Notes under the pieces: generated by a model
Seen by the model: only the letters and a program-made list of their open reading frames with translations
Databases searched by the model: none
What the model was told of the DNA's origin: nothing
In this document: positions 30,684-39,624 of the stretch, in pieces
Layout: each line of letters opens with the position of its first letter
Numbering within the stretch: position 1 is the first letter of the stretch
Virus record (IMG/VR): IMGVR_UViG_3300032883_000203
Length of the DNA: 39,624 bases
Reading direction: 5' to 3' (one strand)
From: a virus
Translations under genes and position numbers: made by a program

Positions 30684-32920
30684 TCGCGATCCTCCGGACG
30701 GCGCAAGCCTAGCATTGGCGACACACCCAAATACGTTTTGCCAACAGCTTTCGGCAAGTCGCTCAATCTGACTTTGTTCTGGTTCTGCCTGAGCCGTTCG
30801 CTCGATTTGATGTCCGCGTTCAGTTCCGTGATGGACCTTGCTGGTCTGGGCGGAAAGTTCAGCGCCTGCTCTGTTGCGGCAGTAGCCGTATGCGACTCCA
30901 CCATCCCCTTGGCGAGCTGGTGCATGCCGGGGACGTTGAAGATGTGTTTCTTCACACCCTCGAGCGCTGCCATCGCCATCAGGTTAGGCGTGGTCGTGGA
31001 CCCTGCCTTGTTGGGCGGCATGGTCTTCACGTCCTGTGCGAATTTCAGAACGTTATCCAGTTCGGCCAGACCGGATTTGCCGAGGAGCAGTTCCAGTTGC
31101 GGACGTCCGATCCTGTTCATCGCATTCTTCATCTGGGACGGGCTGACAACCTTGTTGCCGCTTGCATCAGGGGCGATTCCCTTGGTCGCCTCTTCCTTGA
31201 TGTAATCCACGCTGTTGGCAGACAGGTCACGCCATGCCTTGCGTCCTGCATCACGTACCCGCCTGTCAGTTGAACTCAGCAAGGTTTCGCGAACCCGCTG
31301 AAGGTCTGCAATCGAGCCGCCGATGACGGTCTTGTGCCACACGTCCTCGAGTGCCACCTTTCTATCTGTCCTGCTTCTGGAGTCCAGCAACTGAGCGATG
31401 GCGCGAGGTTCCTCGAACTCCATGGCGTGTGCTTTCCGTGCAGCACGCGCACCCTTGTAGAAGTCTCCCCCGGCACCCTCAGTCGTCCTGTCGATGACGC
31501 TGCGCAGTTCGCCCATGAAATGTCCGTCCGCACCGCCATTCTTGCCGAGCACATTCGTTTTCTTGCGCAACTCTTCCATCTCGCCAATGGTCAATTGCCT
31601 AACGGCTACAGGGTTTCCTGCAGCGTCCAGTTTCATGGCGCCCCACTTCTTGAGCTGGTTCTCCATGGACTCGATGGACTTGGCACTTGCTGCAGATGCG
31701 TTGTTCTCGGTCAGCCAATCAATGACAGGTTTGGGATCAACCGGCATGTTGTTTTCCGGAGATGCGCGCACCTGGTCGTACAACTTGTTGACGCGGTCGG
31801 CAGACTTGCGCTCTTTCATGGCAAGCGCGCCCTCGATGCCCGTTCTTTCGCCCGCAGGCTTTTCTCCGGCAACACGGCGCCCGATATCCTCGAGCTTTAC
31901 TGACTTCGGCCCTGCACGACTCTTCAGGTCTTCAAGGTTCTCTATGATTGCCCGGTTCTGTTCCACGTGCAGATCACGTATGGCCTTGCCTTCCTTGGTC
32001 CCGGATAGCAATTCTTCCTGCCTGAGCAGTTCAGGGTCACGCGTTGCCTGACCTTTGGTGAGCGCTGTAGGCGCTTCTGCCACAACACCACCTGGCTTGA
32101 TGGGCTGACGCTGTACCGTGAGTCCTGCAGCGCGGTTGATGCGCTCCTGGGTCAGCTGGTCAAGCGGAATGCTCGCGGGTTGTTGTGCTTCAGGAGCCGC
32201 TTCTGGAGCCGCCGCCTCAGGTTCAGGGGGGCCGCCGTAGCGTTTATCCAATGCCGTACCTGGAACAAGTGTTGCCTCTGGAACATCTGGCACAGCCGGG
32301 CGTGCGTACTTGGCATCTAGCGCGGAAAGCTCGGAAGGGCTGAATCCCTCAAGCGGCCCTGGCCGTGGCGGACCTTTCAGGCCAATGCGGGGAATGGCAC
32401 CGGCAACGCGTCCCGAGAGTAAACTGATCAACGTATTTCCTGTTCCCTCGCCAAGAGCGCCGACGTATGGCGCCGCTGGCGATGTCAACTCCGATAACAG
32501 CATCTTGTCCGTGAGCCATTGGCTGCCCTCATGTATCCATCCTGCCACTTTGCGCGGTCCCCACGTGGCAGCATCCACCATTGTCTGCGCGCCCTCGGAG
32601 CGCGGCCGGAATGTGAGTCCTTGGGCAACCTCGTCCATATAGCGCTGACCCTGCCCGGACTCACCTGGAAGTGCAGCACCAGCAGCGCCGGCGCCAAGGG
32701 CCATGAATCCAGCAGGCACCATGGTTGCCAGTGACATGCCGGCAGCACCAACCTTGCCTAGCGTGCTCTCCTCTGACTGTCTGAGTGAGCGTTCATAGGG
32801 CGATAATCGCTCGGGCTGCGGAGCCGGTGCCGGCTCTGGCTGCGGTTCCTCTTTCTGAGCGTGCTCGAGTTCCCAGCGACGGCGAAACTTGAATCTCTGC
32901 TCCTGCGTCAGTTCAGCCAT
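30680..32920 (-). CDS. Internal virion / ejection protein (large), 746 aa
   Basis: Position equivalent to P22 gp16/gp20; hydrophobic Gly/Ala segment (VGAAGMSLATMVPAGFMALGAGAAGAAL); long helical regions. Confidence 0.5.
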   Translation of the reverse strand: MAELTQEQRFKFRRRWELEHAQKEEPQPEPAPAPQPERLSPYERSLRQSEESTLGKVGAAGMSLATMVPAGFMALGAGAAGAALPGESGQGQRYMDEVAQGLTFRPRSEGAQTMVDAATWGPRKVAGWIHEGSQWLTDKMLLSELTSPAAPYVGALGEGTGNTLISLLSGRVAGAIPRIGLKGPPRPGPLEGFSPSELSALDAKYARPAVPDVPEATLVPGTALDKRYGGPPEPEAAAPEAAPEAQQPASIPLDQLTQERINRAAGLTVQRQPIKPGGVVAEAPTALTKGQATRDPELLRQEELLSGTKEGKAIRDLHVEQNRAIIENLEDLKSRAGPKSVKLEDIGRRVAGEKPAGERTGIEGALAMKERKSADRVNKLYDQVRASPENNMPVDPKPVIDWLTENNASAASAKSIESMENQLKKWGAMKLDAAGNPVAVRQLTIGEMEELRKKTNVLGKNGGADGHFMGELRSVIDRTTEGAGGDFYKGARAARKAHAMEFEEPRAIAQLLDSRSRTDRKVALEDVWHKTVIGGSIADLQRVRETLLSSTDRRVRDAGRKAWRDLSANSVDYIKEEATKGIAPDASGNKVVSPSQMKNAMNRIGRPQLELLLGKSGLAELDNVLKFAQDVKTMPPNKAGSTTTPNLMAMAALEGVKKHIFNVPGMHQLAKGMVESHTATAATEQALNFPPRPARSITELNADIKSSERLRQNQNKVRLSDLPKAVGKTYLGVSPMLGLRRPEDRE

Positions 32921-34781
32921 TGGGATGCTCCTTCACCCATTGCTGGTACAGCTTTTCCTCGTCTTCTTTCCATCCCCAGTTCTTGGTGTTCTTCGGCCCT
33001 TCCTTTGCTTTTCTCTGCTCTCGTTCCAGTTCTGTGAGCGCCCTTCCGGCAGCGACCCGTGCGCCCTGCAGTTCAGTCTCGCGCATCTTGCGTTTCTGTT
33101 CTATAACTCCCGGACCGTCTGATGGCATGGGAATGTAGATTTCCTGCAGCAACTTGATGTTCTCGTTCGTGATCCGCGCACCAGATTTGAGGTGTCCTGC
33201 ACCTTCCAGATATGACCTTGCTGCCTGATACAACTGCTGCTGGTCTTCGGTGAGCAATGAATTTCGTCCAGTCCTGTCTATGGCGCTCAGATAACCCCTC
33301 GAATCACGCTCCACCGTGGACAGCCATCCAATGTTCTTGACCGTACCTCTTTTGTAGATTGCTTCCATGACATCATTCGCCCGCTTCATGGTCGAATAAT
33401 TCAAGGCTGCTTTACGTTCAGCTTCCGGAATGGGTCGTTCGCTGCCGCCCTTGCCATAGCCCTCAGCGCCGGTTATCGGGGTCACACTAGGCTTGCCACC
33501 ACCTTGCGGTGCGCGGACAACAAGAGGCGGCTTGTCCGGTTCACCTGGTTGCGGATACAGGATCTGAGCAAGCGAATAATCCGGATGCGTGGTGAGCTTG
33601 TTGATCATCGCATCCCAGATTTTGCGTCGTTCCGACCCTGGCGCAGCTTTATCCCGCTGTGCTATGGCGTAGTTCAGATCATTGCTCTTTTCCTTCTGAT
33701 TCTGGAGTTCAATATCGCGCTGCTCCGCGGTGTCTTCCTCATGGGCACGCAGTCGCAACTTGTCTGCTTCGGCCATCGCTTCCTTGGCCTGCCCGGTCCA
33801 GTAAGGGTCTTTCATGGCCTTGTATGTCTCGGCCTTGCGCTCGAGGGCATCGGCCCTGTTGCGATACTCGTCGCCAAGGCGACCTTGCACTCCATCTTTA
33901 ATGTTCGCTGGTGGTGCGTCCGGTACTTTCGTTTGCTGCTTGCCCTCGACTTCCGTGATGATGCGTCGCTGATTGACCTCTTCCAAGCGCTTGTCGCGTT
34001 CTTCCGGGGTGATCAGCTGCTTGTCCGAGTCATCGTTGATCTTGTCGCGTTCCCGCTGATACCGAGCCATTTTCTGCGCATATGACTCACCGCCCTGAGT
34101 CTCGTCGATAGGACCGGCAACAATGGGCTCACCTGGCCCGCTTGGCTTGATCTCTGGCCCGCCGGGCCCTGCCTTGCTGATGTCCGACAAAGGCACCGTT
34201 TGCGGTGTCCCTTCAGGATTCTTGCGAGCCGACAGCGCGGTGCTCTCTTCCTTGCGCGGGGCCACATAGATCTCGGCATCGCTCATGCTGCGACCCATGA
34301 TCTCCTTGATCTTCTGCTCGTTCATGCCAAGCTCGCGCAGTCGTCCGCTGGTCCTGCGGTCCTCGATGGCTTTCTGCAGCGAACCCATGTACTTCTGGGT
34401 GGCCTCTTCCGGCGTATTGGCAGAACGCGCCTCGCTGATGGCCTGGATGTACATGTCCTGGGTTTCCTTGTCGGATTCCTCGGTCATCTTCGCGAGCGTG
34501 GCCATGCGAGTCTTTGCCGCTTCATCGGTCCGAAGAACGTACTGCGCACGGTTATCAGCAAACTGCTGTGCCATCGTGGGGTCTATCTGAGACAGCCTGA
34601 TAAGCGCCCCGTCTGTCGGCTGTCCATTGATGAACATGCCGGGAATCTGGGCAAGTTGCAGCACAGCCTGCTGCTTCCTCTGCTGCTGGCCGAGCTGATT
34701 CAACGCAATGGCCTGCTGTGGGAACTGTTGCAGGGACTGTGTGGGCGCGAAGCCCATTCCAATGCTGGGATCGATTGCCAT
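32913..34781 (-). CDS. Internal virion / ejection protein, 622 aa
   Basis: Position; Gln-rich N-terminus; charged helical body. Confidence 0.5.
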   Translation of the reverse strand: MAIDPSIGMGFAPTQSLQQFPQQAIALNQLGQQQRKQQAVLQLAQIPGMFINGQPTDGALIRLSQIDPTMAQQFADNRAQYVLRTDEAAKTRMATLAKMTEESDKETQDMYIQAISEARSANTPEEATQKYMGSLQKAIEDRRTSGRLRELGMNEQKIKEIMGRSMSDAEIYVAPRKEESTALSARKNPEGTPQTVPLSDISKAGPGGPEIKPSGPGEPIVAGPIDETQGGESYAQKMARYQRERDKINDDSDKQLITPEERDKRLEEVNQRRIITEVEGKQQTKVPDAPPANIKDGVQGRLGDEYRNRADALERKAETYKAMKDPYWTGQAKEAMAEADKLRLRAHEEDTAEQRDIELQNQKEKSNDLNYAIAQRDKAAPGSERRKIWDAMINKLTTHPDYSLAQILYPQPGEPDKPPLVVRAPQGGGKPSVTPITGAEGYGKGGSERPIPEAERKAALNYSTMKRANDVMEAIYKRGTVKNIGWLSTVERDSRGYLSAIDRTGRNSLLTEDQQQLYQAARSYLEGAGHLKSGARITNENIKLLQEIYIPMPSDGPGVIEQKRKMRETELQGARVAAGRALTELEREQRKAKEGPKNTKNWGWKEDEEKLYQQWVKEHPNG

Positions 34782-34783
34782 GA

Positions 34784-35752
34784 TTATGGGTAAGCCGCGG
34801 GAAGTTGAAGACCAAGACCGCTGCCACCATTACCGGCAGTCAATCCCAGACCACCGCCGTAAGGGTCCAGCCCTTGTCCGGCGCCGTATCCCATGCCGTA
34901 AGATGGCGTTGAACCGTAGTTCCCTTGCTGCATGCCCTGCAGGTACTGCTGATATCCCGCAATACCAAGCCCTGCGCCGCTTAGCGCATTGGTGGCGCCC
35001 ATCAGTCCACCTGCCTGGGCGGCTGCACCGCCGGTCTGGTAATTACCAGCCTGATTCACAGCACCGGAACCGAATCCGCCCATGCCAACCGCGGCGTTCT
35101 GACCGCTGCCGGACAGCCCGGCCAGCATGTCGTATTGCTGTCTCTGCTGCTGCGTGTACTGCTGGTAGGCGTTATTGAAGTCCGTCTGTGCCAGCCCCTG
35201 ACCATACTTGCCCAAATCCTGCAACGTCTGCGGTGCGTACAGGTTTCCCCGAGCGGCAGCGCCCTTGTCGATGGCCGCCTGACCCTGCTGGAGTTGCCAT
35301 TGGTAACCCGGCGATTCGTGAAACTTGTCGGCAGTGAACGGCGCGAGCAGGGAGCCCTGCTGCATGCCGCTGCCCATGGCACCTTGATAGCTTTGCTGCG
35401 CTGCAAGGTTCTTCTGTACAGCCGCTGCAAGGGCCGATGCATCGGGCATCTGACCGGGACGCTGCCGCTGATAGTCCGCAATGAGCGATTGCCGTATCTG
35501 GTCGGCTGACTGTCCGGCTACGTTGGCTCCTGCCAGCCCGCTGGGTGACTGTCCCGTGCCGAGCGCGAGCTGATTGAGCGCCGTTTGACCCGTCTGCATC
35601 CACGGCTGAAGATTGCCCGCTGTCTGCTGGTACATGGCCATCTGCTGCTGCGCGGCTGCCTGTGCTGCCTTGCTCTGCTTGTTGGCCCCGAAGATGGATG
35701 CGCCAGCACCCAGAACACCCGCGCCTGCGATTGCTGTTCCCGCCCAGGTCAT
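34784..35752 (-). CDS. Internal virion / ejection protein, Gly/Gln/Ala-rich, 322 aa
   Basis: N-terminal hydrophobic AIAGAGVLGAGASIFG; low-complexity Q/G/A body; position equivalent to P22 gp7. Confidence 0.5.
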   Translation of the reverse strand: MTWAGTAIAGAGVLGAGASIFGANKQSKAAQAAAQQQMAMYQQTAGNLQPWMQTGQTALNQLALGTGQSPSGLAGANVAGQSADQIRQSLIADYQRQRPGQMPDASALAAAVQKNLAAQQSYQGAMGSGMQQGSLLAPFTADKFHESPGYQWQLQQGQAAIDKGAAARGNLYAPQTLQDLGKYGQGLAQTDFNNAYQQYTQQQRQQYDMLAGLSGSGQNAAVGMGGFGSGAVNQAGNYQTGGAAAQAGGLMGATNALSGAGLGIAGYQQYLQGMQQGNYGSTPSYGMGYGAGQGLDPYGGGLGLTAGNGGSGLGLQLPAAYP

Positions 35753-36216
35753 GTCAACTCCTTCATGTCAAAGTGCTCGAATGTCGGAGCAATCACGATC
35801 TCTTCGAGCTTATCAAGATCGGTATGGTTATCAGGATTATGGTGAATCGTAGTCCAGACCGTTTCTTCCAGCACGTGAACGGTGCGTTTCGTGCCCGGTT
35901 CAGACACCATCGTGCAGGGGCCTTCAAGTTCCTCGAGGCCACCTGATTCGGTAAACACCTGAACTCGTCCGCGTGAAATGAAGTTTAGGTGCTGCTCGCG
36001 ATGAATCTTTCCCACCAGGACAGCGCCAGCCGGCAAAGTTATTTCACGAGCATAGATACCGGGCGTGAAGATGTGTTTCAGCGGGAAACAATCGCCCTCC
36101 ATGTGCCCTTCGAGTTGCCGCATGGACATTTCGAAGCCGATGATGAGACTGCGCGCTTTCACAATCTGGGGCGCTCCCAGGTCGACGATGGCGCTAAACT
36201 GTCTAAGGTCGCTCAT
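35749..36216 (-). CDS. Cupin-like beta-barrel protein, 155 aa
   Basis: GKIHREQHLNFISRGRVQV...PGTKRTVHVLEE resembles the two cupin motifs loosely. Confidence 0.4.
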   Translation of the reverse strand: MSDLRQFSAIVDLGAPQIVKARSLIIGFEMSMRQLEGHMEGDCFPLKHIFTPGIYAREITLPAGAVLVGKIHREQHLNFISRGRVQVFTESGGLEELEGPCTMVSEPGTKRTVHVLEETVWTTIHHNPDNHTDLDKLEEIVIAPTFEHFDMKELT

Positions 36217-38141
36217 CTCAACCTCATGGCAAAGAGTTGCGTTGCAGTACTACCAGCAGGATTCTGCCACGACTGCGCACGCACGAACGTGCTCCCGCCA
36301 CCGACATCAGCGGTCACGTCCAGGGTGATGCTGGTGACCGCTCCGGACGAGAACACGCCAAACATGTCCACGGACGAATACGAACTCACCACGGCATTGA
36401 TGTCGGTCTGAGACATGGAGAAGTTGGTCGTGCCGCTGTTCAATCTGGCCGAAAAACGCGCAGACGTTGCCACGTTGCAGCCGCAAAGCGCTTGTCCCAT
36501 GACCAGGTAAACGCCGGTGCTGACCGATATGGTCGCCACCGTGGTGTATACGTTGGTGGACATGGTGATGGTGGTGCCAGGAACCGTACTTACATAGTTC
36601 ATGGCCTGGTAACCGCCGATGGTGATGGTCCCCGCCGCTGAACTGATAGGCGAGCTGGAGACCACGATGCCGAGAATGTTGCTCGAGACCGCCACCGAGC
36701 TGACCGCGCCCCCGGTGATGTTGAACGTGCCCGTCGCACTGCTGACCGTTGCGCTGATGGTGATGCCATAGGCGCTGCTGGACAGGATCACGGAGGAAAT
36801 GGCACCGCCTGTGATCGTGAAAGTCCCAGCGGCGCTGCTCACTGTGTTGCTGATGGTAATGCCGTATGCACTGCTGGACAGGACCACCGACGAGATGGCG
36901 CCACCGGTGATGATCATGATGCCGGATGCGGTGCTGACGGTCTGGCTGCTGACCGCGATCCCGTAGGCCGTGCTGCTGATGGTGGCCGATGTGACCCCTA
37001 CCGAACCCGTCAGGGTTTGAGTGCCCGTCGCCGATGAGACCGTCGGGTTAGTGACCGCCAAGCCCACCACGGCACTGGAAAAGGTGATGGAGCTGATGGC
37101 ACCGCCGTTGATGGTGACCGTTCCAGGCCCAGGAGCCGTCACCGGGGAATTGGCAATGGTGAGCCCGTAAGCGTTGCTGGACAGGGCTACCGAGGTGATC
37201 CACTGGTTCCCTGTCAGCGTCTGGGTGCCTGTTGCGCTGCTGATTACCGGATTGGTCACCGACAGGCCCGTGATGGCACTCGACAGGACCGCAGAGGAGA
37301 TAGCTCCGCCACTGATGGTGAACGTCCCTGAAGCGCTGCTGACCGTCTGGCTGACGATGATGCCGTAAGCGCTCGAGGATACTGTGGCAGAACTGATGGC
37401 CCCGCCGCCCAGGGTAATGGTGCCGGAAGGGGCGCTGATCGGGCTGCCTGCTGCCACCGTGATCCCGTAAGCGGTACTGCTCATGGCAACCGCTGCCGAG
37501 GTAATCCACGGATTGCCGTTGATGGTGAACGTGCCAGTCGTGCCCGTCACCGGAGACCCTGCGATGGTCATACCAGTGATGCCGCTGGACAGGGCCACGC
37601 TGGTCAGGGTGCCGTTGCCGAATGGCCCGCCCGTCAGCGTGAATGTCCCCGCGGCGCCGGTCACTGGACTCCCGGCCACAGAAAGTCCAGCAACAGCACT
37701 GGAGAGGGCTACGCTGGTCAGCGTACCGGACCCGAATGGGCCACCGTTGAGCGTTATGGTGCCACCAGCACCCACGACAGGGCTTCCAGAGACCGTCAGG
37801 CCCGAGACGGCACTGCTCAAGGCAACGCTGGTCAGGGTGCCGCTACCGGCTCCTGCTGGCTGCCACGTGACCCACGCATCCGGATTGGTGCTGGCCAGGA
37901 AAATGGCGCTCGACAGGGACGTGTCGAAGTACGGCATGCCGATATACCGCCCGTCCATGGTGGACGTGGGACGGCTTGACGTGGGTCCGCTGCGGCTCGC
38001 ATTGAACGTGACGTTCTGCAGGGAATGGAAGAAGCTCGCCCACTCCTGCTTGACCCCAATAATTTTGCCCTGGGCGTCAACAATGAGCATGTCCGACAAC
38101 GAGGCCGGCATCTGGATGCGTGGCCCCGTGATCCCGGCCAT
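36213..38141 (-). CDS. Tail fibre (P22 gp26 position) with 12 tandem repeats of about 31-38 aa, 642 aa (start MAGITGPRIQ)
   Basis: Its ATG overlaps the gp10-like TGA (TGATG). N-terminal SRPTSTMDGRYIGMPYFDTSL resembles the common fibre motif RP...G..YFDTTL. Repeats have the form TSVALSS..G[LI][TS]V..SPV....GT[FI]T[IL].GG. Confidence 0.7.
   Translation of the reverse strand: MAGITGPRIQMPASLSDMLIVDAQGKIIGVKQEWASFFHSLQNVTFNASRSGPTSSRPTSTMDGRYIGMPYFDTSLSSAIFLASTNPDAWVTWQPAGAGSGTLTSVALSSAVSGLTVSGSPVVGAGGTITLNGGPFGSGTLTSVALSSAVAGLSVAGSPVTGAAGTFTLTGGPFGNGTLTSVALSSGITGMTIAGSPVTGTTGTFTINGNPWITSAAVAMSSTAYGITVAAGSPISAPSGTITLGGGAISSATVSSSAYGIIVSQTVSSASGTFTISGGAISSAVLSSAITGLSVTNPVISSATGTQTLTGNQWITSVALSSNAYGLTIANSPVTAPGPGTVTINGGAISSITFSSAVVGLAVTNPTVSSATGTQTLTGSVGVTSATISSTAYGIAVSSQTVSTASGIMIITGGAISSVVLSSSAYGITISNTVSSAAGTFTITGGAISSVILSSSAYGITISATVSSATGTFNITGGAVSSVAVSSNILGIVVSSSPISSAAGTITIGGYQAMNYVSTVPGTTITMSTNVYTTVATISVSTGVYLVMGQALCGCNVATSARFSARLNSGTTNFSMSQTDINAVVSSYSSVDMFGVFSSGAVTSITLDVTADVGGGSTFVRAQSWQNPAGSTATQLFAMRLR
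36612..37844 (-). repeat. 12 tandem coding repeats (about 93-114 bp each) within the tail fibre gene
   Basis: Read from the translation; units such as SVVLSSSAYGITISNTVSSAAGTFTITGGAIS. Confidence 0.8.
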
Positions 38142-39577
38142 CAGAACCCCGCCACCGTTATCTCGGCACTCGCCCCGGTAATGACGCGCTGCACGGGGTC
38201 GGTAATGCGCAACTTCAGCACCCAGTCGCGGGCAGCACCCAGCGAGCGCCACTTCACCCGCTGCGTGTACTCGCCTATCTGTCCCATGCTCGAGTAGCCA
38301 ACACTGAAGAACGTATTGCCGCCGTCCTTCGATACCTGCAGATCCATGACTGGGATAGAGCCCTGACCGGTCACCAGCCCGACACCCGACTGAACATCAA
38401 TCTGGATGTCATTTATGCCTAGGAATTTGTCGTCATTCCAGATGTGCTTGCTCCAGATCTCCATGGGCAGGATGGAGCCGGAGTCGGTATTCGTATGCGG
38501 GTTCATCACGTACAGCGCGCCGCTTCGGTAATCTGCCACGATGATCTTGTTCTGGAACAGGGCGAACTTCTGTCCCCAGAAACGGGTGCCGTCGCTCGCC
38601 TGTACTTCGCTCCAGACATTCGTGAGACCGTCATACATCCATGTATCGTCTCCCGTTGGCAGGTTCAGCAGATACATGGGGTGACCATCGAACATGAACC
38701 CGAACCCCAGGGCATCGGTCGTGGTCATGTAATTGCCGAGAATCTCGTCAATGTCGTGGTCCGATATTTTCTGCAGGTTGAAGCCCTGCAGGCGCGCCAC
38801 CTGAACACCGCCCATCTTGTTCCTGAACAAGCCCACCACGGAGTTATCGAACTTCGCGAGCGAGAACGAGGCATTCAGCCCGAACTCCTGTGACGAACCC
38901 GGAATGAGCGCAAACGGAAAGTCAGGCGTTCCCTGGTTCTGCCAGAACTCCGTGTAGACATCGCCGAACAGGTTCAGGATGGAATGGTCCGACATGCAGC
39001 CCTGTAGCGAACCGGCACCGGAACCCGCGAAGTTGATCTGTATCGCAGGCCATATGGTCGGGTCCACGCTCGGAGTGATCTGGCTCAACTGGAACTGACG
39101 CCCCGTGCCGCTGGTGACGATGAAATAGCTGTCTTGCCACGTCACCATTTCCGGAGTGGTCGTGAAATTCCCGTCCGTGATACGGTTGACCCCAGCCGGC
39201 ACCGACATGTTGTAGACGTATCCGTTCGCGCCATCCACAATCACGAGGAACTTCCCATCGTCGGCCATGGATACAGGTCCGGTCGAAGTCAACAAAGTAC
39301 CGATGGCCGTGACAACCCCGGAATTGTTGATGGAGTACACCGCCTGTCCATGAACCGTGAACAGAAGCGGTTGCGTCAATGTGTTGACGGCCCACAGTCC
39401 GCGACTTGGATTGACACCGAGGGAACTGATGAACGGGTCGAGTCCCGGCCTGCCTACCAGGGCATATTCGGTGCGGTCAGGTTCCTTGCGCAGCTCGGCG
39501 AAACAGTTGATGCGCCGCTGTGCCGTGATGGCCCAGGACTCGGACTTGGTGCCTACGCCGAAAAGTTGGACGCGCAC
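38141..39577 (-). CDS. P22 gp10-like tail hub / packaged-DNA stabilisation protein, 478 aa (GTG start; track ATG 39622 would overlap the adaptor gene)
   Basis: C-terminus RVKWRSLGAARDWVLKLRITDPVQRVITGASAEITV resembles the P22 gp10 C-terminus as I recall it. Size is 478 aa against 472 aa. GGGGG lies upstream of the GTG. Confidence 0.6.
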   Translation of the reverse strand: MRVQLFGVGTKSESWAITAQRRINCFAELRKEPDRTEYALVGRPGLDPFISSLGVNPSRGLWAVNTLTQPLLFTVHGQAVYSINNSGVVTAIGTLLTSTGPVSMADDGKFLVIVDGANGYVYNMSVPAGVNRITDGNFTTTPEMVTWQDSYFIVTSGTGRQFQLSQITPSVDPTIWPAIQINFAGSGAGSLQGCMSDHSILNLFGDVYTEFWQNQGTPDFPFALIPGSSQEFGLNASFSLAKFDNSVVGLFRNKMGGVQVARLQGFNLQKISDHDIDEILGNYMTTTDALGFGFMFDGHPMYLLNLPTGDDTWMYDGLTNVWSEVQASDGTRFWGQKFALFQNKIIVADYRSGALYVMNPHTNTDSGSILPMEIWSKHIWNDDKFLGINDIQIDVQSGVGLVTGQGSIPVMDLQVSKDGGNTFFSVGYSSMGQIGEYTQRVKWRSLGAARDWVLKLRITDPVQRVITGASAEITVAGF

Positions 39578-39624
39578 ATTACCCCCGCGGGAAGCCGTCC
39601 ATGTAGATGTTGTAGGTGGCATTG
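39502..39624. repeat. Second copy of the terminal direct repeat (identical to 1-123)
   Basis: Exact identity with the window start. Confidence 0.95.

Noticed and set aside
36612-37844. Tandem repeats (also 6940-7572) considered as a CRISPR-like or satellite array
   Set aside because: The units are degenerate and in-frame, lie within long ORFs, and have no unique spacers. They are coding repeats of fibre-like proteins.
28058-38141. Diversity-generating retroelement targeting a fibre gene, as in some podoviruses
   Set aside because: No reverse transcriptase ORF exists anywhere in the genome, and I found no template/variable repeat pair outside the intragenic tandem repeats.
38142-38252. Longer starts for the tail fibre (38252) and the gp10-like gene (39622)
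   Set aside because: Both extensions overlap the preceding genes by 44-111 nt and have an atypical Arg/Cys-rich sequence. The internal starts give classic overlapping stop/start junctions (TGATG; TAA-N1-GTG).

Overview
The window is a complete tailed-phage genome. Bases 1-123 are identical to 39502-39624, so the unit length is 39,501 bp and the assembly is circularly closed or terminally redundant. All calls come from reading ORF translations and motifs by eye; no database search was run, so family names are motif-level recollections.

Architecture: two arms diverge from a regulatory region at about 15.05-16.19 kb and converge head-to-head at 26660/26662.

(1) A minus-strand late operon of about 28 kb runs 15053 -> 78, across the circular joint, then 39577 -> 26662. 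Gene order is small basic proteins, TerS, TerL, portal, scaffold, coat, adaptor, gp10-like tail hub, repeat-rich tail fibre, three ejection/internal proteins, Gly-rich fibre and a lysis cassette. This order is syntenic with P22-type podovirus morphogenesis. It is interrupted by accessory insertions:
- four genes between portal and scaffold, including a LamG-like protein with ten 21-aa repeats;
- a GroES-like gene, an FkbM methyltransferase and a three-domain glycosyltransferase between coat and adaptor;
- a cupin-like protein and a PurD-like ATP-grasp ligase inside the ejection/tail block.

(2) A plus-strand early arm of about 10.5 kb (16186-26660) carries small proteins, an SSB-tail-bearing protein, a Gp157-like protein, a C5-cytosine MTase and a DUF1064 nuclease-like protein.

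The most interesting feature occupies about one sixth of the genome on this arm. It is a translationally coupled cassette at 20308-26495 encoding a B12-type radical SAM enzyme, a dsRBD-like protein, an extended SDR, a classical SDR, an N6/N4 DNA MTase and a split ThDP enzyme, preceded by a decayed HNH/AP2 homing-endonuclease relic. I propose that this cassette and the late-operon glycosyltransferase/methyltransferase together form a phage-borne glycan or hypermodification pathway of unknown product.

No DNA polymerase, primase, helicase, integrase, repressor, tRNA or CRISPR array is recognisable.
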